This document shows positions 51,680-61,890 of a DNA stretch of 64,000 bases, piece after piece. The DNA lies in contig CAWDOQ010000017.1 of the NCBI GenBank assembly GCA_963804085.1, positions 160,001 through 224,000 of the forward strand. Reading direction: 5' to 3'. The stretch's first letter is position 1. Each line of letters opens with the position of its first letter. The position numbers were made by a program, and so were the translations under genes. Source of the DNA: Chlamydiia bacterium. GTDB taxonomy: Bacteria; Chlamydiota; Chlamydiia; Chlamydiales; Rhabdochlamydiaceae. The notes beneath the pieces are model-generated. The model saw nothing but the letters and a program-made list of their open reading frames with translations, had not been told where the DNA came from and ran no database searches.

Positions 51680-52516
51680 ATGAAAGCTTTAACAGAGAAT
51701 TCCGTAATTGACCTAACTGAGAATCTTACTAGTATAGAATCTCTTTATGGTGAGCAAGATCTTGCTTCCTCGGTATTGTTTGCAGGTGGGTTTATCAATT
51801 TTGGTTATTGGAAGAACATTAAATATAAAGTTAAAATTTCATACAAAACAAGAGCTTTAAGTTCTCAAAGATTATATGAAGCAATATTTCAAGCTCTTAA
51901 TTTAGGAAAAGATGATAAGATTGCAGAAATTGGATGTGGTTTAGGTAATGGTTGCGTTTTATTACAAAAAAAATATCATCCGAAATTCATTGTAGGTATT
52001 GATTCTTCTCCACATCAGATTGAAAGAGCAATCCAAAAGCACAAGCTGTTTTTGTTGGAAAACGCTGATGTTAAGTTCGTACAAGCTCCGGCAGAAGATC
52101 TCCCCTTGAAAGCAAATAGTTTAACAAAAGTATATTCCATAGAAGCTTTGCAGCATTTTCGTTCTGTACCAGCTTTTTTAGAATCGGTCTTTGATGTTTT
52201 GAGACCTAATGGGAAATTAATAATTTCAACGTTTTTTTTCCTGACCCCACCTGATCCAGAGTTCTTTAAAATGTTTCCAAACTTTGCTTGTGGAATTGAC
52301 AAAGTTATTCTAATTGATAAATTTGTAAAAATGTTGAAATTGGTAGGATTCAATAACATCCGTGTGCAAAGCATAGGCAAATACGTCTGGCAAGGATTTG
52401 ATAAATGGATAAATCAAACAGAATTTCGAGATACATGGGATAGAAATTGGCTTACAGCCTACGAAAATGGTATTCTTGATTATTTTATTATCGAGGCAGA
52501 AAAGGGAGGGCGATAG
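51680..52516 (+). CDS. Class I SAM-dependent methyltransferase
   Basis: FINFGYW, EIGCGLG, VGID.S, AEDLP, SIEALQHF, LRPNG. Confidence 0.9.
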   Translation: MKALTENSVIDLTENLTSIESLYGEQDLASSVLFAGGFINFGYWKNIKYKVKISYKTRALSSQRLYEAIFQALNLGKDDKIAEIGCGLGNGCVLLQKKYHPKFIVGIDSSPHQIERAIQKHKLFLLENADVKFVQAPAEDLPLKANSLTKVYSIEALQHFRSVPAFLESVFDVLRPNGKLIISTFFFLTPPDPEFFKMFPNFACGIDKVILIDKFVKMLKLVGFNNIRVQSIGKYVWQGFDKWINQTEFRDTWDRNWLTAYENGILDYFIIEAEKGGR

Positions 52517-52570
52517 CGTGTATTCCAATTCGTTTTTTAAAATGTTAAATAATGACATTCTTTTTTTGCT

Positions 52571-53176
52571 ATGATATCAGAAAGTAAAATCAAAAAACTG
52601 CTTGTTTTTCTACACCAAACCGAAAAACTGAAAGATACTTTGCGTCACGGCTGGACTTCAACCGGTAGACAAGAGAGTGTTGCTGAACACTCTTGGAGGT
52701 TGTGTCTTATGGTCATTTTATGTGCTCCTCATTTTAAATCAAAAATTGATGTCGCTCGAGCTCTTGAAATCGCTCTTGTACATGATATTTGTGAAATAAT
52801 TACTGGAGACTTGCCTTTTTTTGAAGTATTAAATCCGTTAGATAAACAAAAAAAGAATTTAGATGAAGAACGAGCAATGAGCCAAATTCGAGACTCTATT
52901 GATGGTGAGATGGGGCAAAGAATCTATGAATATTGGCATGAATATCAAAAAGGAGAAAGTCCTGAAGCGAAATTTGTGTGTGCTCTGGATAAACTAGAAG
53001 CCCAGATACAACAAAATGAGGCTGATATCTCTACTTGGAATGAGTTTGAAAAACTAAGCATTTTTAATCATTTGGATCCATTTTGTGATTACGACGATTT
53101 TCTTGCTTTATTTAAAGTAATTGTAAGAAGGGAGTCCGTAGAAAAATTAAAATCATTTCAGAATAGTCAAGTGTAA
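52571..53176 (+). CDS. HD-domain phosphohydrolase (HD_3 / YfbR-HDDC2-like)
   Basis: LK...R.GW, ESVAEHSWR, HDICE..TGD, DKLE. Confidence 0.9.
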   Translation: MISESKIKKLLVFLHQTEKLKDTLRHGWTSTGRQESVAEHSWRLCLMVILCAPHFKSKIDVARALEIALVHDICEIITGDLPFFEVLNPLDKQKKNLDEERAMSQIRDSIDGEMGQRIYEYWHEYQKGESPEAKFVCALDKLEAQIQQNEADISTWNEFEKLSIFNHLDPFCDYDDFLALFKVIVRRESVEKLKSFQNSQV

Positions 53177-53255
53177 ACTTTAGCATCTCGCAAAGACGTT
53201 CCGATTTCAGCATTTTGATTCCTTTTTTTAAGACTTCTACTATGCTACTTGCCTT

Positions 53256-54746
53256 ATGACAACAAGATCACAAGCAGTAAAGCCTGCGGACATGCTCGCT
53301 TTGACGCAGAGGATGCACAGAGTGTCGGAAGAATGGGATCATGGAAGTCTGGTTGCAGACGCGGTTTTAGCTGGCCCTATTAATCAAGACTTGTTGGACA
53401 AGCATTGGTGTAGCAGAAGGACGATCAAGGTTGTCTGTTTTGGAGTTTCAGCGAGTGCAAAAGTTCCGTACATCCCAATAGCATTAACATTACCCGGGGG
53501 AGCGTTTTTGGCATTTGCCAATTGTGCTGCATTTTTGGGATTAGAATATTGGGCTATCGAGGGAACCATTGATGATTTTTTGGGGCCTAGGAGTACGCAT
53601 GAAGTTGTTATGTTGCAGAAAGGACCAAAAGGTAAATGCTACAGGGTAGCTACGCTTAGCACTGCAGTAGTGCTTTCACTGATCTCGCAAATTCCTGTTG
53701 CTTTTCCCGCTCTTGATTATGACGGCGCATACGCCAAGTTGGGTTTTGGCGTATTGTTGGTTGCCGGGTCTTTGCTGCCCATTCGATCGATCCAACTTTC
53801 TGTGGACAGGAGCTTGCAATTACAATGTTTGCGGGGAGAAATAGGCAAAAAAATTGAAGTAGTCCGAGCGGATATGGTCAGCTTTATTGATGACCATGGC
53901 GAATTATTTACGACGATGGACTTTCTCCAGCAGATTCAGCTTCTGACTAAAATGTCAGAAATACGTACAGGAGATGTTGTTGACAAAGTCAATGCATACA
54001 CCAAACTTGTGTTGGCGCGCACTCATATGCAACCTGCGGCTCAAAAGAGTTCGCTATGCGACCGTGTTTCTTATGTTACCGGTCTTTTGATCACATCTAC
54101 ATTTCAAGTGGCGCTTACAATGTATACGTGGTCGAAGACAAAAGAACACATTGCGGATGATAATGCTACTGCGGCTTCATTTGCTGGTTTAGTGCTTTGT
54201 AGCGGAATTTATTTAACGGGTAAATCGATCATTCAGACCACGCAACGCATGACAAGATCTATTGTGGATTTTTTCCGCTGTAGGCAACAAAGAACGATCG
54301 CTGAACAGGTGAATCCAGCGCTTTGTTTTTCTCTTAAGACGATAGGAATGGTGATCAATTTAGCTGCTTTGGGTCCAACTGTTAGGATTTGGGGAGATTT
54401 TTATAAAGATAATCCTGCTCAAACCTATATGGAAGTGACAATGTGCGCTGCCATTTTCCTATTTCTTTCCACAGCAACATTGGCTTTAGCAGAAAAAGTT
54501 GTAAGGGATATCGTCTGTTCTGGAAACCATCGGGGTAAAAAAGAGATTGTCCAATACCATCAAGAGCTTGGGCAGTTTGCAAAGATTTTGCAGGAAAGCC
54601 CTCTCGTCGATTTTAGTATCTTCGTTATGAAGTGTCCAGAGGACGTTAAGGGCGAACTTTTGGAAAGAGTAGAGCTTGCCGAAGAAGCTCTTAGAAACTA
54701 CATCAATCAAAACAATCTTCTTCAATTAGAGCTTAGCGAAGTTTAA
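53256..54746 (+). CDS. Hypothetical multi-TM protein
   Basis: 496-aa ORF with paired hydrophobic segments. Confidence 0.65.
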   Translation: MTTRSQAVKPADMLALTQRMHRVSEEWDHGSLVADAVLAGPINQDLLDKHWCSRRTIKVVCFGVSASAKVPYIPIALTLPGGAFLAFANCAAFLGLEYWAIEGTIDDFLGPRSTHEVVMLQKGPKGKCYRVATLSTAVVLSLISQIPVAFPALDYDGAYAKLGFGVLLVAGSLLPIRSIQLSVDRSLQLQCLRGEIGKKIEVVRADMVSFIDDHGELFTTMDFLQQIQLLTKMSEIRTGDVVDKVNAYTKLVLARTHMQPAAQKSSLCDRVSYVTGLLITSTFQVALTMYTWSKTKEHIADDNATAASFAGLVLCSGIYLTGKSIIQTTQRMTRSIVDFFRCRQQRTIAEQVNPALCFSLKTIGMVINLAALGPTVRIWGDFYKDNPAQTYMEVTMCAAIFLFLSTATLALAEKVVRDIVCSGNHRGKKEIVQYHQELGQFAKILQESPLVDFSIFVMKCPEDVKGELLERVELAEEALRNYINQNNLLQLELSEV

Positions 54747-55110
54747 GAGGTATGCAGCCTATTGCTCCATAGCGGAGGATAAAGAAGAGAATCTGTTTGC
54801 TTTTCTTTATGCGATATTCACTTTATCGCACTCTTAAGTTAATTGCTTTTCAACGGATAGGGCGGAACCACGGGGAAGCTATTGGTGGATCAGATACATC
54901 TGCCCGAGGAGGGCGAAGAGATATTGGGCAAGGCAGATTATAGAAAAGAAGATGCTGATTCTGCGGAGGCGATTTTCGAATCGGTTCTTTTTGTCTGGGG
55001 TAGGGTGCGAGAGAGATGGTTGCGGGTACTTTGGTATGAAAAATTGATCGACTAAATGAGGGGTTTTTTCTAGAGTATGAGGATCTTTCTAAGAAGCGAG
55101 GAGTAAGCAG

Positions 55111-55554
55111 ATGAATTTTTCGAGTGATATGGTTAATACATCAGAAATTAGCACACGCAAGCAGTGGCTTTTGTCCTCCTTGTGTTGGTTAGTTCTTTAT
55201 CCGTTTGCTGTATGTACCATTTTTTTCAGCCTATCAATATGGATTCAAATGCCTGACGATGTGATTACTGCACCTTTATCTCGGGCAGTTGGTGGGCTTA
55301 TTTCAATGCCGCTGATCTGGTATTTTGCTTATAAAAAGCTGGGAACAAAACTTCTTATATTTTGGCTAGTTATTTCTCCAGGAATACAGCTGACAAATAG
55401 CATTGAATCCTTGATGGCGACACGTAGCTCTTGGATGATAATGTATGTTGCTATTGATGCTGGCGTTTTCCTCTGGTGGTATCTGATGAGTCTTAAAGTC
55501 AGAAAAGTTAATAAAACAATTCGAGAAAGAAAAGCGCAGTTAGGCGTTAGTTGA
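55111..55554 (+). CDS. Hypothetical membrane protein
   Basis: GAGGAG RBS; four hydrophobic helices. Confidence 0.65.
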   Translation: MNFSSDMVNTSEISTRKQWLLSSLCWLVLYPFAVCTIFFSLSIWIQMPDDVITAPLSRAVGGLISMPLIWYFAYKKLGTKLLIFWLVISPGIQLTNSIESLMATRSSWMIMYVAIDAGVFLWWYLMSLKVRKVNKTIRERKAQLGVS

Positions 55555-55649
55555 TTTTTCTTCCTGACCAACTTTTCGGAGAAAATCTTAGCCGTTAAAC
55601 AGGGCATCAGTATTCGTGCGAACAAAGATAGAGGTGTGGCCACTTACTA

Positions 55650-56063
55650 TTATTTTTTAGAGGGTTTGAATTTAGGGTTGTGTAATTTATTACTGCATCT
55701 TGGGCAGCGCACCATCCCATATTTAGAATGATTTTCCCAAACCTCCTGGCAGAGGGGACACATTACCCAATCGCCTTCCAGCTCTTGAACAGTTTCTTTT
55801 ATTTCCAGTACTGGTTGGGATAGCTCTTCTTTTTCTCCTTCAGAAATGAGTTTATCAGCCAAAATAGAAAGATCGCCTTCAGTCAATTCAAATTGCCGAT
55901 CATCTTCCATTGCAGCTATTTTTTCTAAAGTGTCTTTCAAAAATGGATCTAGAGATTTAATATTTTCAGAAAAAATGCGAAAGGCCCAACGAGAAATTCT
56001 AACGACATCGTATCCCTTTGATAGTTCAGCTTTTAATGCTTTCCCAATAACGTCTTTATTCAT
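55650..56063 (-). CDS. Putative immunity protein with C-terminal zinc ribbon
   Basis: Start overlaps the end of a toxin-like fragment; CPLC...CPRC motif. Confidence 0.5.
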   Translation of the reverse strand: MNKDVIGKALKAELSKGYDVVRISRWAFRIFSENIKSLDPFLKDTLEKIAAMEDDRQFELTEGDLSILADKLISEGEKEELSQPVLEIKETVQELEGDWVMCPLCQEVWENHSKYGMVRCPRCSNKLHNPKFKPSKK

Positions 56064-56243
56064 ACATGCTTAATTCTCTCGCTGTGGGTGGATAATGAGG
56101 AGAAACGAGATTTTGTCCATTAATCTGCTTTGGATGCACACGATTTACCACTCCATAATGATCATAACATTCCATCCACGTTCTTACTCGTGATTTAGAT
56201 GAGTCAAATTCTGTCACAAAGGTTCTTCCGCGTGTTGGTCCTG
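56056..56243 (-). CDS. C-terminal fragment of a polymorphic-toxin-like domain, cut at the junction
   Basis: GPTRGRTFVTEFD...RTWMECYDH.G.VNRVHPK.INGQ...HYPPT resembles Rhs/Cdi-type toxin tips; low-GC codons. Confidence 0.5.
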
Positions 56244-56250
56244 CCTTGGC
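56240..56250. other. Abrupt junction between chlamydial-like and high-GC actinobacterial-like DNA
   Basis: Step change in GC and codon use inside two genes; no IS, att site or tRNA at the join. Confidence 0.9.
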
Positions 56251-56770
56251 CACCCCGCCACCGATCCACCATTCGGTCCCTTCCGGCGGGAGCGGAGCGA
56301 CCCGGGCCCCTTTGACGGTCCAGAGGTCGCTGTCGGCCACCTCACCCCGCAACAAGGCCTGGGCGACGAGGATGCCCTGCTCCAGCCGGGCTGCTCGCTG
56401 CGTGAGGTCGGCGCCCATGGCCTCGAACTGCGCGGCGCCCCCACCGAGGCCCACCTGGACGATGAACGGCCCCGATGACAGGGCGGCCAATGTCCCGATC
56501 TGCTCGGCCATCAGGACGGGGTTCCACAGCGGCACGAGGAAGAGGCAGCCGGCGGGCCGGTCCGTCCACTCCGCCAGAAGGCGACCGAGCATCGGGACGT
56601 TCTGCACGTAGCCGCCCGGACCGGTCGAGTGGTGGTCGCCCGAGCGTCAACGAATCGAGACCGGCGCGAGCGGCCGCCCGCATCTGGCCCAGCACCGAGG
56701 CCGGCCCCTCCCGCTGTCCCCGCGGGCCGTTGGTCGAGAAGGCGGTGCCGATGGAGATGCCGATGCGCAT
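56244..56770 (-). pseudogene. LLM-class flavin-dependent oxidoreductase, frameshifted and cut at the junction
   Basis: MRIGISIG...GLDSLTLG/DHH...PLWNPVLMAEQIGTL...WWIGG; extra G near 56640. Confidence 0.8.
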
Positions 56771-56858
56771 GGGGACGGTCTACCCGATCAGCATCAGCGC
56801 CACGCTGTCGTGGCACCACACCAGCGAAGAACCCGCACCAGGCCCCGCACCGGAAGAA

Positions 56859-57047
56859 TCAGCCGGCCAGCCCGGTGTCGGCGCCGATGCGGGCGACCAG
56901 GCGCTCGAGCTCGGCCGGAAGGCCGTCGGGAATGTGCTTCGCCGCCTCCCCGTCGTCTCCCACGGCGTCGATGGCCTTGATCAGCCCGCTCATTGCGTGC
57001 GTCAATTCCGCTGCGGCCGTCGCGACGGCCTCCGTCTCGTTGCTCAT
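56859..57047 (-). CDS. Small hypothetical protein
   Basis: GGGAG RBS; MSNETEAVATAAAEL...; GC3-rich codons. Confidence 0.5.
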   Translation of the reverse strand: MSNETEAVATAAAELTHAMSGLIKAIDAVGDDGEAAKHIPDGLPAELERLVARIGADTGLAG

Positions 57048-57119
57048 GGCACTCCCTTCCTGATGTCTCACGCACGCTAGCTGGGCCGTGCCGTCCAGCA
57101 CCCGGCTGGAGACATGGCC

Positions 57120-58676
57120 TCAGGGGATGACGCTGCGCGCCGCGGGCGGGCGGGGTGCCCCGGTCATGGCCGAGAGGCGTGCCGAAGGTCGGGCTGAAAG
57201 GGGCTGTGCGATGTCCTCGAGCGACTTCTGCTCGGCATCGACCCCGAAGAAGATGGCGACGATACCGCCGAGGGCCATGACCCCGGCGCCGATGAGGTAG
57301 CCGATGAACAGCTTGAAGTGGTCCTGGCCGTTCCCGATCAGCTCGCCGTAGAGCCAAGGGCCGAAGGCGCCGAAGCTCTGGGCGATGGCGAAGAAGACGG
57401 CGATGGCCTTGGCGCGCACCTCGACCGGGAAGATCTCGCTCACGGTGAGATAGGCGGACGATGCGCCGGCCGAGGCGAAGAAGAAGATCACGCACCAGCA
57501 CGCCGTCTGCGTCACGGCGTTGAGGGCCCCGGCGTTGAACAGGAGCGCACTGATGGCGAGCAGTACGCCGGAGAGGATGTAGGTCCCGGCGATCATCTTC
57601 CGGCGCCCGATCGTGTCGAAGAGATGGCCGATGGTGAGCGGCCCGATGAGGTTCCCCAGGGCGAAGAAGATGAAGTAGTAGGCCGTGTCGGTCGCCGGGA
57701 CGTTGTAGATCTTGGTCAGCACCAGCGCATAGGTGAAGAAGATGGCGTTGTAGAGAAACGACTGGGTGATCATCAGGGTGGCCCCGAGGATGGCCCGCCT
57801 CGGGTAATGGACGAACAGGGTCCGGGCCAGCGCGATGAAGCCGATGTCGTTCGCCGGGGTGATCTCAATGGCCTTGGACTCGTCGATCTCTCCGAGGGTG
57901 CCGCCTCCGTGTTCGGTTGCCTGTTCAATGCGCCTGACGGCCTCCTCTGCCTCCTGTTCGCGCCCGTGCATGAGGAGCCAGCGCGGGCTCTCCGGAAGGT
58001 TCTTGCGCACGAAGAGGATGACGAAGCCCAGTGCCGGCCCGACCAGGAAGGCCACCCGCCAGGAGTAGCTCACCGGAAGGTGGTTCACCACGAAGATGAA
58101 GAACATGGTGCCGATCAATGCGCCGCCCCAGTAGGTCCCGTTGACGGCGATATCGACTCGGCCCCGGAATTTGGCGGGGATGAGCTCGTCGATGGCCGAG
58201 TTGATGGCCGCGTATTCGCCACCGATACCCATACCGGCGATGAACCGGGAAGCCCAGACCCAGTAGACCCAGCCTTGCGAATGCCCGAGGGTGAACGCGG
58301 TCATCACGCCACCGAACAGGTACACACCCAGGGTGATCATGAACAGGTTGCGGCGGCCGAACTTGTCCGACATCCGACCGAAGAACAGCGCGCCGACCAC
58401 CTCACCGAGGAGGTACACCGTGCCGACGGCGAACGCCACCTCGGAGGACGAGAGGTTCAGCGCCGCCTTCTGGCTGATCAGACCTTCCGCGTTGCTGGCG
58501 ATCGTGATCTCGAGGCCGTCGAGCACCCACGCCACGCCGAGTGCAATGACCAGGTGGGTATGGAACCGCGACCAGCCCAGACGGTCGAGCCGGGCCGGTA
58601 TCAGGCTCCGGATCATGCCTTCGGGACGGCCGTCCCCGTTCGTCCTCCCCAGCTCGTCCGTGGTAGTCGTCGCCAC
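57120..58676 (-). CDS. MFS transporter
   Basis: ARLDRL.WSRFH, FGRMSDKFGRR, GGEYAAINSAIDE.IP, PESPRWL; GTG start after GGAGGGG. Confidence 0.9.
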   Translation of the reverse strand: MATTTTDELGRTNGDGRPEGMIRSLIPARLDRLGWSRFHTHLVIALGVAWVLDGLEITIASNAEGLISQKAALNLSSSEVAFAVGTVYLLGEVVGALFFGRMSDKFGRRNLFMITLGVYLFGGVMTAFTLGHSQGWVYWVWASRFIAGMGIGGEYAAINSAIDELIPAKFRGRVDIAVNGTYWGGALIGTMFFIFVVNHLPVSYSWRVAFLVGPALGFVILFVRKNLPESPRWLLMHGREQEAEEAVRRIEQATEHGGGTLGEIDESKAIEITPANDIGFIALARTLFVHYPRRAILGATLMITQSFLYNAIFFTYALVLTKIYNVPATDTAYYFIFFALGNLIGPLTIGHLFDTIGRRKMIAGTYILSGVLLAISALLFNAGALNAVTQTACWCVIFFFASAGASSAYLTVSEIFPVEVRAKAIAVFFAIAQSFGAFGPWLYGELIGNGQDHFKLFIGYLIGAGVMALGGIVAIFFGVDAEQKSLEDIAQPLSARPSARLSAMTGAPRPPAARSVIP

Positions 58677-58892
58677 GTCCCCTCCCCTTTCAACCGGAAT
58701 CCTCAAAAGACAACCTGCACACTTCGTACCCACGATCACGCCGTGTCATGCACCACGCGTTTGAAAGCACCTCCGTCGCATCCCTCGCCATGCCCGTGCG
58801 GACACACTGAACTGAAAGATTGCCGTGGGAGTCGTGCCACGCAGCCTCTCGAGCGAGCGCGTGGACGTCCGGCTGCCGTTAACGTGAGCCCC

Positions 58893-59360
58893 ATGCCTCG
58901 CTCCATCGCGACGCAGACCGACGTCGACCGCTCCGCGTTGGAGGAGTTCGTGCGTCCGCGCCATCACGCCGTCCTGGGCACCGTCCGGTCGGACGGCGGT
59001 ATCCAGATGTCACCGGTCACCATGGGGCTGGGCCCGGACGGATCGGTCCTGGTCTCGAGCTATCCGGAGCGGGCCAAAGTCCGCAATCTGCGGCGGCGCC
59101 CCCAGGCCTCGGTCTGCGTGCTCTCGGACTCCTTCAGCGATGCGTGGGTGCAGCTCACCGGCACGGCCACCGTCGTCGATCTCCCGGACGCCCTCGACGG
59201 TCTGGTCGAGTACTTCCGCTCCATCATCGGCGAGCACCCTGATTGGGACGAGTACCGCCAGGCGATGATCACGCAGGGCAAGGTGCTCCTCAAGATCGAC
59301 ATCGAGCGGTGGGGACCGATCAGCACTGGGGGTTTTCCTCCCCGGCTCGCCGAGCCTTGA
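58893..59360 (+). CDS. PPOX-class F420-dependent oxidoreductase
   Basis: R.DG.IQMSPV, RAKVRNLRR.P, GEHPDWDEYR.AM..QGK. Confidence 0.9.
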   Translation: MPRSIATQTDVDRSALEEFVRPRHHAVLGTVRSDGGIQMSPVTMGLGPDGSVLVSSYPERAKVRNLRRRPQASVCVLSDSFSDAWVQLTGTATVVDLPDALDGLVEYFRSIIGEHPDWDEYRQAMITQGKVLLKIDIERWGPISTGGFPPRLAEP

Positions 59361-59483
59361 TCCGGCGACGTCCCCGCAGCTGGGCGCGGTGACGACTCCG
59401 GCGCTCTGACTCCGACCGTGCCAGCACATCAAATCACCCGATCAGGTGATCCTGCGTGCGGAACTCGTCGTAGGGTGGGGCCC

Positions 59484-60135
59484 GTGGCCAAGCCAATCCG
59501 TGTTGCACTCGTCAACGACTACATGATCGTCCTCGAGGGTCTACGCGCGCTCCTGGAGTCCAGCGACTCCGGGATCGAGGTGGTCGAGCTCGACATCAAG
59601 CAGGGGGCCGAAGCGGACGGTCGACGTCACCCTGCTCGACACCTACGGAGAGGCAGACGCACTCGGCGAGCGCGTGCGCTTCCTCGGCGCCGATCCCAGC
59701 AACGGCGCCATCGTGGTGTTCAGCTTCTCGGACCAGCCCGGGGCCGTGCGCCACGCCATCGATGCGGGCGCGCAGGGATTCATCTCCAAAGCGGTGCCCC
59801 GGCAACAGATCATCGACGGGCTGAAGGCCGCTGCGGGGGGCGACCGCGTCGTCCTGACCCAGCGATCGCAGCACGCACGGATAGACGAGGCTGTGCGCTG
59901 GCCCGGTCGAGACGCCGGCCTGACCGAGCGTGAGAGCGAACTCTTGTCGCTGCTCTCGACGGGGATGACGAATCGAGAGCTGGGTGCCCACCTCTACATC
60001 AGCGAGAACACGGTCAAGACGCAGCTGCGCCACCTCTACGCCAAGCTCGGTGTGCGAAACCGTGCGCAGGCGGCCTCTCTCGCAGCAGCGGGCTACCTCG
60101 GAGAGCGGCGCCGCCAGTCCAAACAGGTCGACTGA
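59484..60135 (+). CDS. NarL/LuxR-family response regulator (apparent +1 frameshift)
   Basis: IRVALVNDYMIVLEGL receiver; LTERE..LL.LL..G.TNRE...LYISENTVKT HTH; extra G in the G run at 59603-59607. Confidence 0.85.
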
Positions 60136-60193
60136 CAGCCCCCGTCGCGCACGGCTGCGGAGCGAACGACGCGACGCTGCGGTACGACCTGCG

Positions 60194-60529
60194 TCAGGAG
60201 TCCGTGTGGGACGAATCCGTGTGGGACGAATCCGTGTGGGACGAATCCGTGTGGGAAGACGCAGCCCGTCGGAGCTGCAGAATGCGCGCGATTGCGACGA
60301 TCACCACAATCAGAGCACCCGCCGCCGCAGCAATGAGAAGCACGACAGCCGTGGGCGCGCCCCCATGGAGCCAGAGGAAATTGACCGACGAATGTTGGGT
60401 GTTCTCCGCGATGAAGATGATCAGCAGAACGAGGACCAGTGCGGCCACGACGACGGCGGTCCAACTTGCGCTCACCCGTGTCCGGAGGGCACTGGAACGC
60501 TTGGACTCCTGTCTGCTCGTCAGTGGCAT
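60194..60529 (-). CDS. LapA-domain (DUF1049-like) membrane protein
   Basis: RTRVSASW...LLIIFIAENT...VNFL...ARILQLRR. Confidence 0.8.
   Translation of the reverse strand: MPLTSRQESKRSSALRTRVSASWTAVVVAALVLVLLIIFIAENTQHSSVNFLWLHGGAPTAVVLLIAAAAGALIVVIVAIARILQLRRAASSHTDSSHTDSSHTDSSHTDS
60201..60255. repeat. 15-bp coding tandem repeat (TCCGTGTGGGACGAA, ~3.7 copies) encoding SSHTD
   Basis: Read directly from the sequence. Confidence 0.9.
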
Positions 60530-60641
60530 TCGACATCGCAGAATCCCTCTACCCGGTTGGTTGTCATCAAAACCGGGCACCCTCACCTTAGGACCCGATC
60601 GGCTCGAGGCAATCAGATCCTGGAATCTCGAGCGAGCGGCG

Positions 60642-61785
60642 TCAAGAGTTCCGGCAGGAGTCGTCCCACGGCTGCTCGCCATCGGCCTGGTACAGCGCGA
60701 TGGCGAGGTCGTCCTGCTCGGCGGGCGTGGCGCGTTCGGCGGGACATTGATCAGTTGGGGCATGCCCGCCAGCTGAGCCGCCTCGTTCCAAGTCGGTTGG
60801 CTGAACTGAAAGCCACCCATATAGGCGCCCCCCGGCGAGACGGCGGCGTAGTTGCCGCCTGACTCGACCCTGAGAACGCATTGCAGGAAGGGCGGAAGCG
60901 AAGGGTCGCCGCCACTCGGGCCCGTGGCAGCCCCCTGGGGAGCGGGGGCCGGGGCAGAAGGCGACGGAGTCGTGGTCTTGCTGCCCCGCCGAAGAGGCAA
61001 CGGCGGCCGCGTGCGGCCGCTGGGCCGCCCGAACGGCTCGGGCCGCTGCCGCGGCCTGTAACGCCTGCTGCTGCGCAACGGCCGCGGCGAGCTGACCGGT
61101 GATCTCAGACTGCTTGGAACTGAGCTCCATCTGGGTCTGTCGCGCCGCGTTGCCCTGCGCCGCTTCTTCACCGGTGGTGACTTGGTCCTGGGCCTCCTGC
61201 TGCTGCAGTGTGGCCACGCTCGGCCTGGAGTTGGCTCTCGTCGGTGTGGCGGACGTTGTCGCCAGAGCTCGTGTCACCGCTCGTCACTTGTTCGTACTCT
61301 GCTCGCAGGAACGCACTCGGACTCGTTCCCCGAAGCGAGCCTGATTGCCCGCCGCTGAGGATCCATGTGGATGTACGCGGGAGACCGCTTCAGACTCGAG
61401 CCGGCGGCGATCACGACTGGACTCGTTGCACGTCAGAAGAAATCTGCTTCTGCGTCGACCCGATCTCTGCGTCGTCTTGTTGGACCTTGGCGCTGTCAAC
61501 GGCGTACTGCTGCTGATGCGCGCCGATCTGCAATTGTTCCAGCACGAGATCCTGTGAGAGCTGAGCCGCTTGCGTCTTGAGGTTCGAGACCTGGTCCGCA
61601 CCCGCCTGCGCGGGCGACACAACCATCGTCGTCGCCACCGTGGTGATGACGACCAAGGCCACCGGTCTCAACCCAGCACTGGCGAGCCTCCCCACCAGGC
61701 ATCGAAGATCTGACCGTGTCGACCGACACATTCCGACACTCGTCACGATTCCGGACATTTTTGTCGGTGTTCCGACGAGGCGCAA
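60642..61785 (-). CDS. Secreted coiled-coil protein with C-terminal Rpf-like transglycosylase (several frameshifts; start uncertain)
   Basis: Signal peptide ..AQA, Gln-rich coiled coil, C...ESGGNY....G.YMGGFQF...TW, then A.PAEQD..A..LY...G.QPW. Confidence 0.75.
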
Positions 61786-61890
61786 CCTGCGTGCCCCACA
61801 CGCACGCTGTTGTTGACGTGATGATCTTCCTCCGCATCACTCCATCCTGTCCGCCGGCTCCCTCCCGCTCCGACTCGCCAGGGACATCGC

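Noticed and set aside
54750..55060. Possible gene remnant between two hypothetical genes
   Set aside because: Short coding-like stretch without a start or any recognisable family
56056..56607. Novel oxidoreductase-toxin fusion protein
   Set aside because: Spans the compositional junction; best explained as a chimera
57318..59360. 680-aa ORF
   Set aside because: Mostly the antisense shadow of the high-GC MFS gene; only 58893-59360 is a real gene
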